A DNA stretch of 64,000 bases, from positions 9,796,001-9,860,000 of the forward strand of contig JBHGNT010000018.1 in NCBI GenBank assembly GCA_043228905.1, in the 5' to 3' direction. The notes below the pieces were generated by a model. The model was given only the letters and a program-made list of their open reading frames with translations, was not told the DNA's origin and did not search any database. The position numbers and the translations under genes were made by a program. Source of the DNA: Azolla caroliniana (taxonomy: Eukaryota; Plantae; Polypodiophyta). Shown in pieces: positions 26,431 to 37,868 of the stretch (positions are counted from its first letter, which is position 1; each line of letters opens with the position of its first letter).

Positions 26431-29400
26431 TGTCATGAACATATACCAAAACTCGAAGATTGGTGATAAGGATTCGAACCCATGACCTCGTCAAAGATAA
26501 TGTGTAGCTTCAACCACTAGGATACATCATATTACATTTATTAAATTGTAAATTCTTATTAGATCATGAAGAAATATATCTAATAGTGTGAAACATTGCC
26601 ACCGCATAGGCTAACGCATGATTACCAAGTGTCATGCTTGCATGAATGCCAAGTGGCATGCTTGCATGAATGACAAATGGCGAGCATGCGTGCCTATGAG
26701 GTGGCGAGCATGCATGTATCCAAAGCATGCTATATAAACATATAGCGAACTATTGATGAACCATTCCGGTTCAACGCTAGTCTTCCGCATACTCTTGTAA
26801 CCCTTGTTCTCATTGCAATTGTAACCCTTGTTCTCATTGCTAATACATTTTCAATATCATATTTCTCTCTCATTCCTCTCTTATTTTCTATTTCTCATTC
26901 TTTTTTTCATGTTAAACTTGTCTTTGGCTACGGCCCTGACAGTTTGAACCGGAATACCTAACCTTCTTCATTGTAATTTTTTTCTTTTCCAAGGAAGCTC
27001 TCATCCTATCTTCTCATAACCATGGCAACAGTAAGTGAACAAGAATATATGCGCATTCTAGGTGAACTTGAACGCTTGAACACCAAGTTCATGGCTTTGG
27101 AGCAAGAGAATCAAAGGCTGCTCGGGGATTTACAACAAGTGAATGTCGAGAAAGCTCAACAACAAGAGGAATTAACTCAAAGGGTTCACCAACTTGAAGC
27201 GGCATTAATAACATTGCGACAACAAGCATTACAAGCATCGAATTTGACAAAAGAACCCAAGATAAGTCTCTTGTCAAAGTTTGATGGTACTCGATCACAA
27301 TTTCGAGGATTTCTAAATCAGGTACGTCTAGTATTTCAAATGCATCCCACTCGATATCCAACAGATTCGGCATGAGTAGGGTTGATCGGAACTGTATTAA
27401 CTGGTACAACATTGGCTTGGTTTGCGTCGTTACTTGAGAAAAAGTGCCCTATTTTGGATAATTTTGATGAGTTTATTAAAGAGTTCCAAGCTTGTTTTGG
27501 AGATACTGATAGCATGAGAACAACTATTAATAAGATTCGAACGTTGCGACAAGGGGATCACCCAGCCTCAGCCTATGCGGCTGATTTTCGTCTTCTTGCA
27601 TGTGACATTCCTTGGGATGAAGAGGCATTGATGGACCAATTTTGTCACGGACTTCGTAATGATGTGAAAGACTTGCTTCTCACTTTTCATGAAGATCCAA
27701 AATCTCTTAGTGAGGCAATTAGTCGAGCTGTACGATGTGACAATTGATTATTCGAGTGACGCTCTGTGCGTCAACAATGGTCTCGACCTCGATCAGAGCA
27801 GACATATGCATCGGTAACATCTCTAACTACATCTGGAACTATGCATGTTCCTATATCTAGCCCAATAAGTGGTCCTACTCCAATGGAAATTGATTCTACA
27901 CGTTGTTGAGGACCTTTAACAGAAGCTGAAAAGCAGAGATGTTGGGCGAACCGCCTATGTTTATATTGTGGTGGTCCAGGACATATAGCGATAAGTTGTC
28001 CCCATCGACCTAGGTGTCAAATTTATCAAGTAAGTGCTAGTACTAAATTGGATCTCGATTCTCCAAATACATCTGGCAATCCTAATAGCCCTACACCTTC
28101 AAATCGTTTTGAAGTACTTATCCAACTAGATGAGGTGTTAAATGAGTAAATCCAGCCAAAATAGGAGCCATTTGGTTGGATAACCCAAAATTTGTAAAGT
28201 CAGTCCATAGTAATGGTTCCATTTCATTGAACCAAGTTAATAGGGTTTTTGTCGCACATGTCGAGCTTAGTACCTCTAGATGTCATCAGGTCTTCGCATA
28301 TGCTCTCTTAGATTCCGGAGCCAACTCTTGTTTCATGGACCAGAATTTTGCCTTGACACATAATATCTTATTAAAACCATTGCATTGTCCAATATCAGTC
28401 ACAGTAATAGATGGTTGACCCATTGCCTCTGGAAATATAACTGATGAGTCTGAATCAGTTCGTGTAGTTCTTGGTGATTTAGCTTGTGTCATCTCATTCA
28501 ATACCATACATAGTCCGGAGCATCCGATTTTCCTTGGTCTACCTTGGTTTGAGCTTCACAACCCCTAGATTGACTAGAGCCATATATCAGATTTCCCTAT
28601 TACTTATAACCCAAATTTAGAATGCCATCAGATCTCAACAATATCTTTGGAAAACTTACGCAAAGAGGGAGACAAAGAAGAAATGTTTATATTTGCGATA
28701 ATAACAATGCCAACACCAACTCAACAAAAGTCGAGTACCTTTCTTCCAAGTATCAAGTATTCCAAGATGTCTTTAATAAGGACAAAGCTGATAGACTCCT
28801 AGAACATCGACCTTATGATTGTCCTATTGATCTTCAACTAGGAAAAGATCCACTATGGGGACCCATTTATAGTTTATCACCTGCAGAGCTCAAGGTTCTT
28901 TGCGACTATATCGATGAAAATTTAGCTACTGGATTTATTCGTCATTCCAAATCTCCTGCTGGCGCACCAATATTTTTTGTCAAGAAGAAAGGTGGATCGC
29001 TTCGTTTGGTCGTAGATTATCGAGGATTAAACAAAATCACAATTCGAAATAGGTATGCCTTGCCTTTAATATCAACACTTTTGGAGCGGTTGAGTGGAGC
29101 CAAATACTTTACAGAGATCGATCTTAGAGGTGCTTATAATCTAGTTCGAATTCGTCCGGGTGATGAATGGAAAACTGCATTTCGCACTCGATATGGGCAT
29201 TTTGAGTATACAGTTATGCCATTCGGTCTTACAAATGCTCCTACGGTTTTTCAGCATATGGCCAATGATATTTTCCGAGACTTCTTGGATATATTCACCA
29301 TCATTTATTTGGATGATATCTTGATATTTTCCAAGACTCAAGAAGAGCATGATGAGCATGTACGCCAAGTTCTTCAACGATTACAAGAATATGGTCTCTA

Positions 29401-32218
29401 TGCTAAACTCAAGAAATGTAGTTTTGATCGCAACCAAGTGGAATTCCTAGGATACATAGTATCACCAGAAGGAATATCTATGGATCCAGCAAAGGTGCAA
29501 ACAATTCTAGAGTGGGAAACACCATAATCTATGCGTGATGTCTAGTGTTTCTTGGGATTTGCGAATTTTTATCGCAAATTCATCAGGAACTACTCAAAGA
29601 AGGTGTTGCCTCTTACACAATTAACACATAAAAACCAACCATTCACATGGAATTCTAGTGCTGTTGAGGCATTCGAAAGCCTAAAACATGCGTTCACATC
29701 AGCTCCTATTTTGATCCATGTTGACCAAGACAAACCTTTTATTTTGGAAGCTGATGCATCAGATTTTGCACTCAGGGGTGTCTTGTCACAACCCAAAGAA
29801 AATGGGCTATTATATCTAGTTGCTTTTCATTCGCGAAAATTTGAAGCTACAGAAATTAATTATGAGAGTCACGACAAGGACCTTTTGGCTATTGTTGACT
29901 CTTTTGAGCATTGGCGCCACTTCTTGGAAGGTTCTCCCCATCAAATCATTGTCTATAATGATCACAAGAACCTAACGTATTTCCAGAATGCTCGAGTCTT
30001 AAATCGTCGACAGGCACGTTGGGCACAATTTCTTACACGCTTTGATTGCTTGATTGTGTATCGCCCCGCAATACACTAGGGAAAGGCAGATGCGCTATCT
30101 CGGCGTTCGTACATGGCATCCTGTTTAGGGGAACCTACTTTTGATCATCAAAAGCAGATTCTCCTTGGTCCTGATCGTTTACAAGTGATGGTCACTAATG
30201 CTTTTAAGACACATACGGACTCGATACTTATAAGTATGATTCGTACTGAGCTTGAAGCAGATGAATTTGCCCAAGATGTCCTGAATCATATTATTCCAGA
30301 TTGTGCTTCTTGTTCAAGGTTGATGAATTCTCGTAAAGATTATAATCAGTTCAGTTGGCATGATAATTTACTTTTTTGGAATAATTTGCTTTATGTCCTT
30401 GATGGCCGCTCTCGACTCCTTATTTTACAACATTGCCACGACATGCCAATGGTTGGACATTTTGGAGTTCACAAAACATTGGAATTAGTTTCTAGAAATT
30501 ATTGGTGGCCGCATCTTCGTAATTATGTTGAAAACTACATTCGTAGTTGTGATGCATGTTGTCGGTCCAAATGTCCTCGACATCGACTATATGGTTTACT
30601 CCAACCCTTACCAGTTCCTGATGGTCCTTGGAAGTCTATATCTATGGATTTCATTACTGATCTTCCATCTTCCAAAGGTTTTGATTCCATCCTGACTGTT
30701 GTAGATTGGTTCACGAAGATGGCACATTTTCTACCATGCACAAAGACTATTAATAGGTAAGAGACAACAAATTTGGTTATGCGTGAAGTGTTTCGGCATC
30801 ATGGTCTTCCTGATGACATCATTAGTGATCGAGGACCACAATTTATCTCAACATTTTGGAAACATTTGTTTGGGCTCCTCCAAATTGATTGTAAACTCTC
30901 GTCAAGCTATCACCCAGAGATTGATGATCAAACCGAGCGTACCAATCAAACCGTGGAACAATACCTTTGTTGCTTCATCAATTATCAACAAGATGATTGG
31001 GTAGATTATTTACATTTTGCGGAGTTTTCTTACAACAATTCAGTTCATTCTTCTACCAAAATTACTCCCTTCTTTGCCAACACAGGTGTTCATCCCCGTT
31101 GGACAATTCTTGACCACCCAAGAATCTCGAAAAACCCTGCTTCGGAGGATCGCCTACGTCATATTCGAGAAATTCATGTTGCTCTTTCTCATCATTTATA
31201 TCACGCTCAAGCCACCCATAAGAAATTTACAGATCGCCATCGACTCAACTCATCACTGAAAAAACCCAAATTTCAAGTTGGAGATCGTGTATGGCTCTTA
31301 CGACATAATGTGAAGACCACTAGGCCTTGTAACAAGCTGGATTATCAACGCCTTGGTCCATATTTAATCACTAAACAGATCAATGGAGTTGCTTTTCAAC
31401 TCGATCTCCCTCCTCATATGGGTCTTCACCCAGTGTTCCATGTCTCACTCTTGGAACCTTATACTTCAAACTCTATTCCAGATCGCGTTGTTCCCCCTCC
31501 ATCTTCTATTGAGCTTGATGAAGGCCCTAAATATGAAGTAAAATCCATTTTGAACTCCAAAGTTGTGAAGAACAAATTGTATTACTTTGTTGATTGGCTG
31601 GGTTATACACCTATGGATCGAACGTGGGAGCCAGTTGAAAATCTCAATAATACAAAGAACTGGTAGCTGAATTTCATCAACGAATTCCAAATAAGCCAAC
31701 TCTTAGTTCATGCATTGCGACTCGTGGAACTCGTCGTCAAAGGAAGGGGATAATGTCATGAACATATACCAAAACTCTAAGACTGGTGATAAGGATTTGA
31801 ACCCATGACCTCGTCAAAGATAATGTGTAGCTTCAACCACTAGGATACATCATATTACATTTATTAAATTGTAAATTCTTATATTAGATCATGAAGAAAT
31901 ATATCTAATAGTGTGAAACGTTGCCACCGCATAGGCTAACGCATGATTACCAAGTGTCATGATTGCATGAATGACAAATGTCGAGCATGCGTGCCTATGA
32001 GGTGGCGAGCATGCATGTATCCAAAGCATGCTATATAAACATATAGCGAACTATTGATGAACCATTCCGGTTCAACGCCAGTCTTCCACGTACTCTTGTA
32101 ACCCTTGTTCTCATTGCTAATACATTTTCAATATCATATTTCTCTCTCATTCCTCTCTTATTTTCTATTTCTCATTCTTTTTTTCATGTTAAACTTGTCT
32201 TTGGCTACGGCCCTGACA
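26431..32218 (+). mobile_element. Full-length decayed Tcn1-like chromovirus (Gypsy), self-priming
   Basis: LTRs 26431-26941 and 31754-32218. TSD ACAGT/ACAGC. Gag KFDGTRSQFRGFLNQ, protease LLDSGANSCF, RT DLRGAYNLVRI / YLDD, RNase H ADASDFA, INT SDRGPQF. Classical chromodomain YEVKSILNSK...YFVDWLGY...TWEP. PPT AAGGAAGGGGATAA. No tRNA PBS. Confidence 0.95.
26470..26524 (-). promoter_or_regulatory. tRNA-type Pol III A box and B box within Tcn1-like LTR
   Basis: Minus strand TATCCTAGTGG, 33 nt, GGTTCGAATCC. Also present in the 3' LTR near 31793. Confidence 0.65.
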
Positions 32219-34069
32219 ACAGCGAAGGAGCTGAGATGGGCCTGCTCAGTAGACAAGCTGACCAAGGAGGTCGAGATGCATAGAACTAGATGGGTCGTGG
32301 GAAGTGGAACTGGACCGGATAAGGAGCGCGAGCAAGGCGGGAGGACACCAGAAGGAGCTGGGGGAAAGGACCAACTACTATAGAAACCACAATCTGACCT
32401 CAAGTTGAGCTTGAGGGGGAGTGTTGAGCGAGCAAGCTCAACCAGATCCGGATCAACTAAATAAGCTAGAGCCGGATCGGTGTCCGCATGGTATCCGGAA
32501 CCAGGAGTCGGATCGGAGAGCCGGATCGGATTGAAACCGGTAGGCCATTGGAGGCCTACAAATCTGGCCTAGTACGTAGGCATAGTTTTGGGGGTCAGTG
32601 GCAGTCGCTCATATGAGCATTGAAGTACTTGTTAGTCCTTTATGGACTTGTATAAAACTACTGTCTGAGCACAGAGTGTTATTATTTTGAATTGAGTTTT
32701 ATGTTATGCTCTCTTTGTCTCTCCTATGCATTCTCTGTTAAACCTTCTTCTCTCTATGTTCTGTTGGTATCCAGTTGAGCTGGTTTGTCATACACTTCTA
32801 CATATTAACTTTTATAGAAATTATAATTTGTGTAAATTTCATTGAAATTTTGGGGTCCTTTGGTGAAGGGGCATTTATGAGTTTATGTTATGGTCATTTG
32901 GTGACAGATCATTATATATGATCTAGAGAGTTTAAGGTTTTGTGACAATTGAATGTGGTGCAAGCACTCTTGCTCAAATGGATAGACTCCATGCTAGATG
33001 GTTGCTAACATCCATTCATCATTGTAAATAAAATAGGCTAAGGCAAAATGCTAGAAAATTGAACTACCATGAACCTTCAACCCTAAATGTATAGAGGAGA
33101 ATTAGGGTCCTAGGTGGTGTATTTTGGTGAGTGATTTGTAGCTAGTGAAGTGATTGTGCGATTCATTCAATAAAATATCCAAACACAACAAACTATATTA
33201 TATTGTGTAATTTTGAACACCATATTTGGTGTGTACTATCCAGACTTATACTATTAGAAGTACATAGTCCAACCTACTTGCCCCAAGTTTCTATAGTCCA
33301 AGATAAGTACATGGTTGTTGGGAATAAAGGCCAACACCTTCTTCCTTTTTATATGTCCCACATATAAGTGTCACTTATTGTCGTGAGGGGGTGCATCTTG
33401 TAGGAGTATCCTCCATACTAGAGCACTTGTAATCATCATGTATAAATAGGACATAACTCCACCACCAATAACATCTTGCACTTTTGATCTTTCATGCTTA
33501 TATTGTGCATATACCCTACCCTCTCTTGCAAGTCTTACGAAACATACCTTCCCGTTATCTCTCTGATTTCATTAACTTTAAGAAAATTGGTCTGCATCAC
33601 GATTCTGCAAGTGGATTAGAGAGATCAATCAAGTTTCAATTACATTCCAAATCAATAACTCTTGCCAAAATCACAGAATCATCAAAGTCGATTCACCAAA
33701 TTGGTAATAAACACATCCTAATTAAGTACTACTCAAGAAGACCACTTTCAAATTGAATTAGCAAAATCTAAGTCCACTTTCAAATTGAATTAGCAAAATC
33801 TAAGTGAGTAAGAATAATGTTAGACTAAAAGTCCTATTTCTACCCGACTATTGTACTTCTAGTGTGTACTCGAGTACCTTGGAGTTAGGGCAAAACCCAC
33901 TCATGTAGAAATAAGATGCAATTCCTTGTACATATGATGCAAAAATAATATAACATTGCTCTTTGCCATATTTGTGTAATTGTCTTTCTCTATGTATACT
34001 GTTTGTGTGCACATTGTATTCTTCACACTACACATGTCCTCAAGCTTACTCAACGTTTGCTTGTTCCTC

Positions 34070-34650
34070 AACAAGATCCAGACTTGCTTTTGCTCAGCCG
34101 ACCACAAATGATCAACACACTACATACCGTAGTCGACTAGACAATATGATTGTCAACAAGTGGTATCAGAGCGATCTTGGAACCAGGCATCACCGATATA
34201 AGAAGAGGTGGAAGACTAACAGAAAAGAAAACAAGATCCAGACTTGCTTTTGCTCAACCGACCACAAATGATCAACACACTACATACCGTAGTCGACTAG
34301 ACAATATGATTGTCAACAAGTGGTATCAGAGCGATCTTGGAACCAGGCATCACCGATATAAGAAGAGGTGGAAGACTAACAGAAAAGACTAGGCCAAATG
34401 AAGATCTCCAGAAGAACAATGGCCTCAACATCCGGCACAGGTTGTGAGATAAGAAATTTCAATGGCAAAAACTTTGCCTTATGGAAGGATATGATACATG
34501 ATGTACTGATCATCACATGACAGATAGACGCGATTAGGCACAACAACCAACCATCAACGATGACAGTCGCAGAATGACAATCGCTTGATGAGATTGCAAG
34601 ATCAACAATTTGAATGCATCTGGTCGAAAACATCTACTTCAACGTGGCTT
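34070..34650 (+). mobile_element. Copia remnant: LTR end, tandemly duplicated iMet PBS (160-bp unit) and gag start
   Basis: TGGTATCAGAGC at 34161 and 34321 within a 160-bp tandem duplication (34070-34388). Gag MASTSGTGCEIRNFNGKNFALWKDM from about 34419. Confidence 0.8.
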
Positions 34651-34844
34651 AAGAGATTGTTGAGCATCAAACCCAACTTCCCCAATTCAATGACTTTCAC
34701 ACTAGCAATGGACACTCTAGGTTCATGCTAGTTTTGTAAATAGTAGAAAGTACAATTGGCCTAAGTTTGTTGGTATTTAAACCAACCCTTTTGTAACTAA
34801 GTCACTATTGGATGTAATTGCCTCTCTTGCTAATATAGCTTCTT

Positions 34845-34889
<45 letters not shown>

Positions 34890-34964
34890 CTCTCTCTGTT
34901 TGTCTTACACACACATACACACAGTTCCTTCCACTGCACAAGATCACCCACGTTATCCATTTCT

Positions 34965-35290
34965 TGTTGGGAAACAGGTCCCTCCAGATGTGAGGAGCAC
35001 GAGCTGGATCGGATGGAGTCCGACTTAAGAGCCAGATGATAGCCGACTTGTTCGAATTGAAATTCGGATATTGCACAAGGAGTTAGATAGTCGGGAGTCG
35101 ATTAAGCACCGATTCGAGAGACAAGCCAAATTAATTGATAGCTAACTCGGTTGAGGCACAAAATCGACTAACTGATAATTGATCGATAACCGATTCGGCT
35201 AATAACCGAATCCGACTGGGATATATTTGTAAATAGCCTAGTTATGCCCATTATGGCTCTATTTGTAAATAGCCCATACCTAGGGTCGAT
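34965..35290 (+). mobile_element. Truncated Copia B-type LTR fragment
   Basis: Starts TGTTGGGAAACAGGTCCCTCCAGATG and contains TATTTGTAAATAGCC, as in LTR 41769. Confidence 0.65.
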
Positions 35291-37868
35291 CATCATGTGT
35301 GATATCTATATCACAGAGACATAACTAGTGCATCATTTCTAACTAGTGAGTAGGAGTAAGAAAGCCTCACAGACATAACAACAACAATGTCAAGATTCGA
35401 ACTCTTGACCTCTTGTATTATAGTCAAGTGTTATATTATAACCCACACATCCAAGTACATGGTTATGTTATGTATATGTTCGTAGATTATCTATTTCAAG
35501 TTCTAGGAGTTTTTAGAAAGTTCTAGAACTAGAAGGTTCTAGAGGGTTCTAAAATATTCTCTCGAATATTCTCCAGAATATTCTAATGCATCTCACAATA
35601 TAAATACTTGTAACCTCCTTGGTCCCTTTTAAGGGATTCAACGCTAGTCATTGACACATCAATATAGTGTTCTTGTTTCACCCCATCTTGTCTCCTTGAG
35701 TTTTATCTCTTTCTTCCTTGTCACTTCTAGCTCCAAGTTCACAGTCCGTTGCTCATAGTCCCATCATCCATGCTCCTTCCTAGTCCGTGCTTGGTGTGTC
35801 CGTGATAGTTTGAATCCCTTCCAACTGGAAGCACCGCCTATCTTCGTCATCGCCTTTGCTTCTAGAGTTACCATCATCACCGTCCTTGCTTCTGGAGTTA
35901 CCGTCATCAACATTCTTGTCTTTGATGTCATATTTTCAACACCTATTTGCCCAACCTTCATCGTCATCAACACTAATTTGCATGGATTGATTTCGATCGC
36001 TCACCTTCACAGTACTAATGTCATGAAGATTTTCGGCAATGGTGTGAAAATCACATAAAACTACAAAAAGATGAAGGTCTTGAAGAGCTTTCGGATGCAC
36101 TTTACTACATAAGAAACGGACATCTAAGTGTCAACTTATGTGGGTAGGAAGTTTGCAAAGGCAGAGAAAAATAAAATTGTGAGATATCCCACATAGACAG
36201 GATAAATAAGGATCTCACCATATATAAGGTAGAGCAAAAGTTATTATCTTTGTGTTTATGTGTGGAGCATAGAGAGTTCAAGGTGACTTGAAGTAAACTA
36301 TTGGATTAATGGATGTGGCTTGACTACTTGCAAAGGTTTTTGGCCAACCAAAATCGGACCGACGACGGAATCGGACGGTAACGGAGATCCGGCGACGACC
36401 GGTGGCTAGATGGATAAATAAATAAATATATATTTATACATATATACAAGGAGGGAAAGTAAGGATTTGAATATTGCACCTCCAAGCTGAGAGTCAATAG
36501 GCTTACCGCTAAGCCAACACATTTTCTTAGAATTATATTTTTATCATTGTAACTTTATATGTAAATTCTCATACATTAGAGCTAAAATAAGTGACATGGT
36601 TATCATGCACCACATGTAATACATGAGCGCCAAATAGAAAACATGCATTTTATGCATGTCTTGTACCTTTAAATGCATGAGGGCATCTATAAAAGAGGGG
36701 AGGAAAAAGATGAAAGGACTAATGTAAAATTTTTGGATGTTCAAATAAGAGACTGATAACCCTATTGTTGATGTATCTTTTCTTTCAAATCTAAAATCAA
36801 GAGTTAAATCTTTATTTCAGTATCTCTCTCTTGCCATATCAATCTCTCTCAACGTATCTTAAATACTTTCTCACTAAAACTAGCGTAAACTTCGAATCCT
36901 TCCGGTCCAGAACCCCGACGGTTCCGCCTCACGATTCGCGCCTAGTGACGGTGCGGATCTTCACGACATAATTAAGTGGTGAACCTGACGTGAAAGAGGT
37001 GGCAGGAAGGATCAAATCAAGGATCAACCGATACTTGGAGATGGCATCCTCAAGCAACCAAGTGGGAGAGTTCGAAAGGATGATGCTGATCGTCGAACAA
37101 ATGATGAGATCTTGAGACAACGATGTGAGCGTGGAGAAGGTTGTCGACCGTGTAGTTGAGCTCGAGGATCAATTTGACGAAAGGAACATTACGAAGTTCC
37201 TTGACGCATATACAAGGGAGATGAATCAGAGGGACGTGTCTGAAGCACGTCAAATCACAAGTTTCAAGAGAGTGGTCGCCAACAACATCCAAAGTCGCGT
37301 CATCGAGCTTCAAGAAGGGAAGACAACGTGGTCGGAGTTCGAGAAAGCGATATTAGCGAAGTTCGCAATGGAAGATTTGTCGAGGATGACTCGACATGCC
37401 TTGATGAAGTGGATAGAAAAGAAGAATAAGAAGATGAGCGTCTCGAGGGTGTACGATGAATTTGACCAAATGTTTTGTCGTCTCCCCGCCACAGACCAAG
37501 TGCTACTTGAGGAGGGGAAAACTTTGTACTTCGTAAAGGTTGTGGATATAAAGGATAGACGAGAACTGGGTACTCTCCTCAAAGATGATACCCTAGCGAA
37601 CGGGCTTGTGGCGGACTAGGTTGCGATGAAGCGAGCATGCAATAGGCTCGACAAGCGTCGTCAGTGGGTTGATGACACCGAGTTGGCGGGATCAACTGTC
37701 GCGGAGAAAACAAAACAACCGAAAGTAGCTGAGCCGTCCAAACAAAGTTGCCTGGAAGAAAGGAAGATTGATAACGACATCATCGAAGAGCTAGCAAAGA
37801 AGTTCGAGATGGTCATGCTAGCCAACATGAATTGTTGGGGCCCCAAAGGAAAAGAACCCTTTAGATGC

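Larger units (their letters stand above)
16647..32816 (+). mobile_element. 5'-truncated Ty1/Copia family A (INT, RT, RNase H, long 3' region, 3' LTR 32422-32816), interrupted by two Gypsy insertions
   Basis: INT ...RKNRSIVDAARAML, RT MDVKNAFLQG and LYGLKQAPR. RNase H GSAVVA|WSSKEQPIVALS is split at 18673/25648 and continues to TKHIEVHYHFVRE. PPT CTTGAGGGGGAG precedes TGTTGAGCG at 32422. Many premature stops. Confidence 0.92.
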
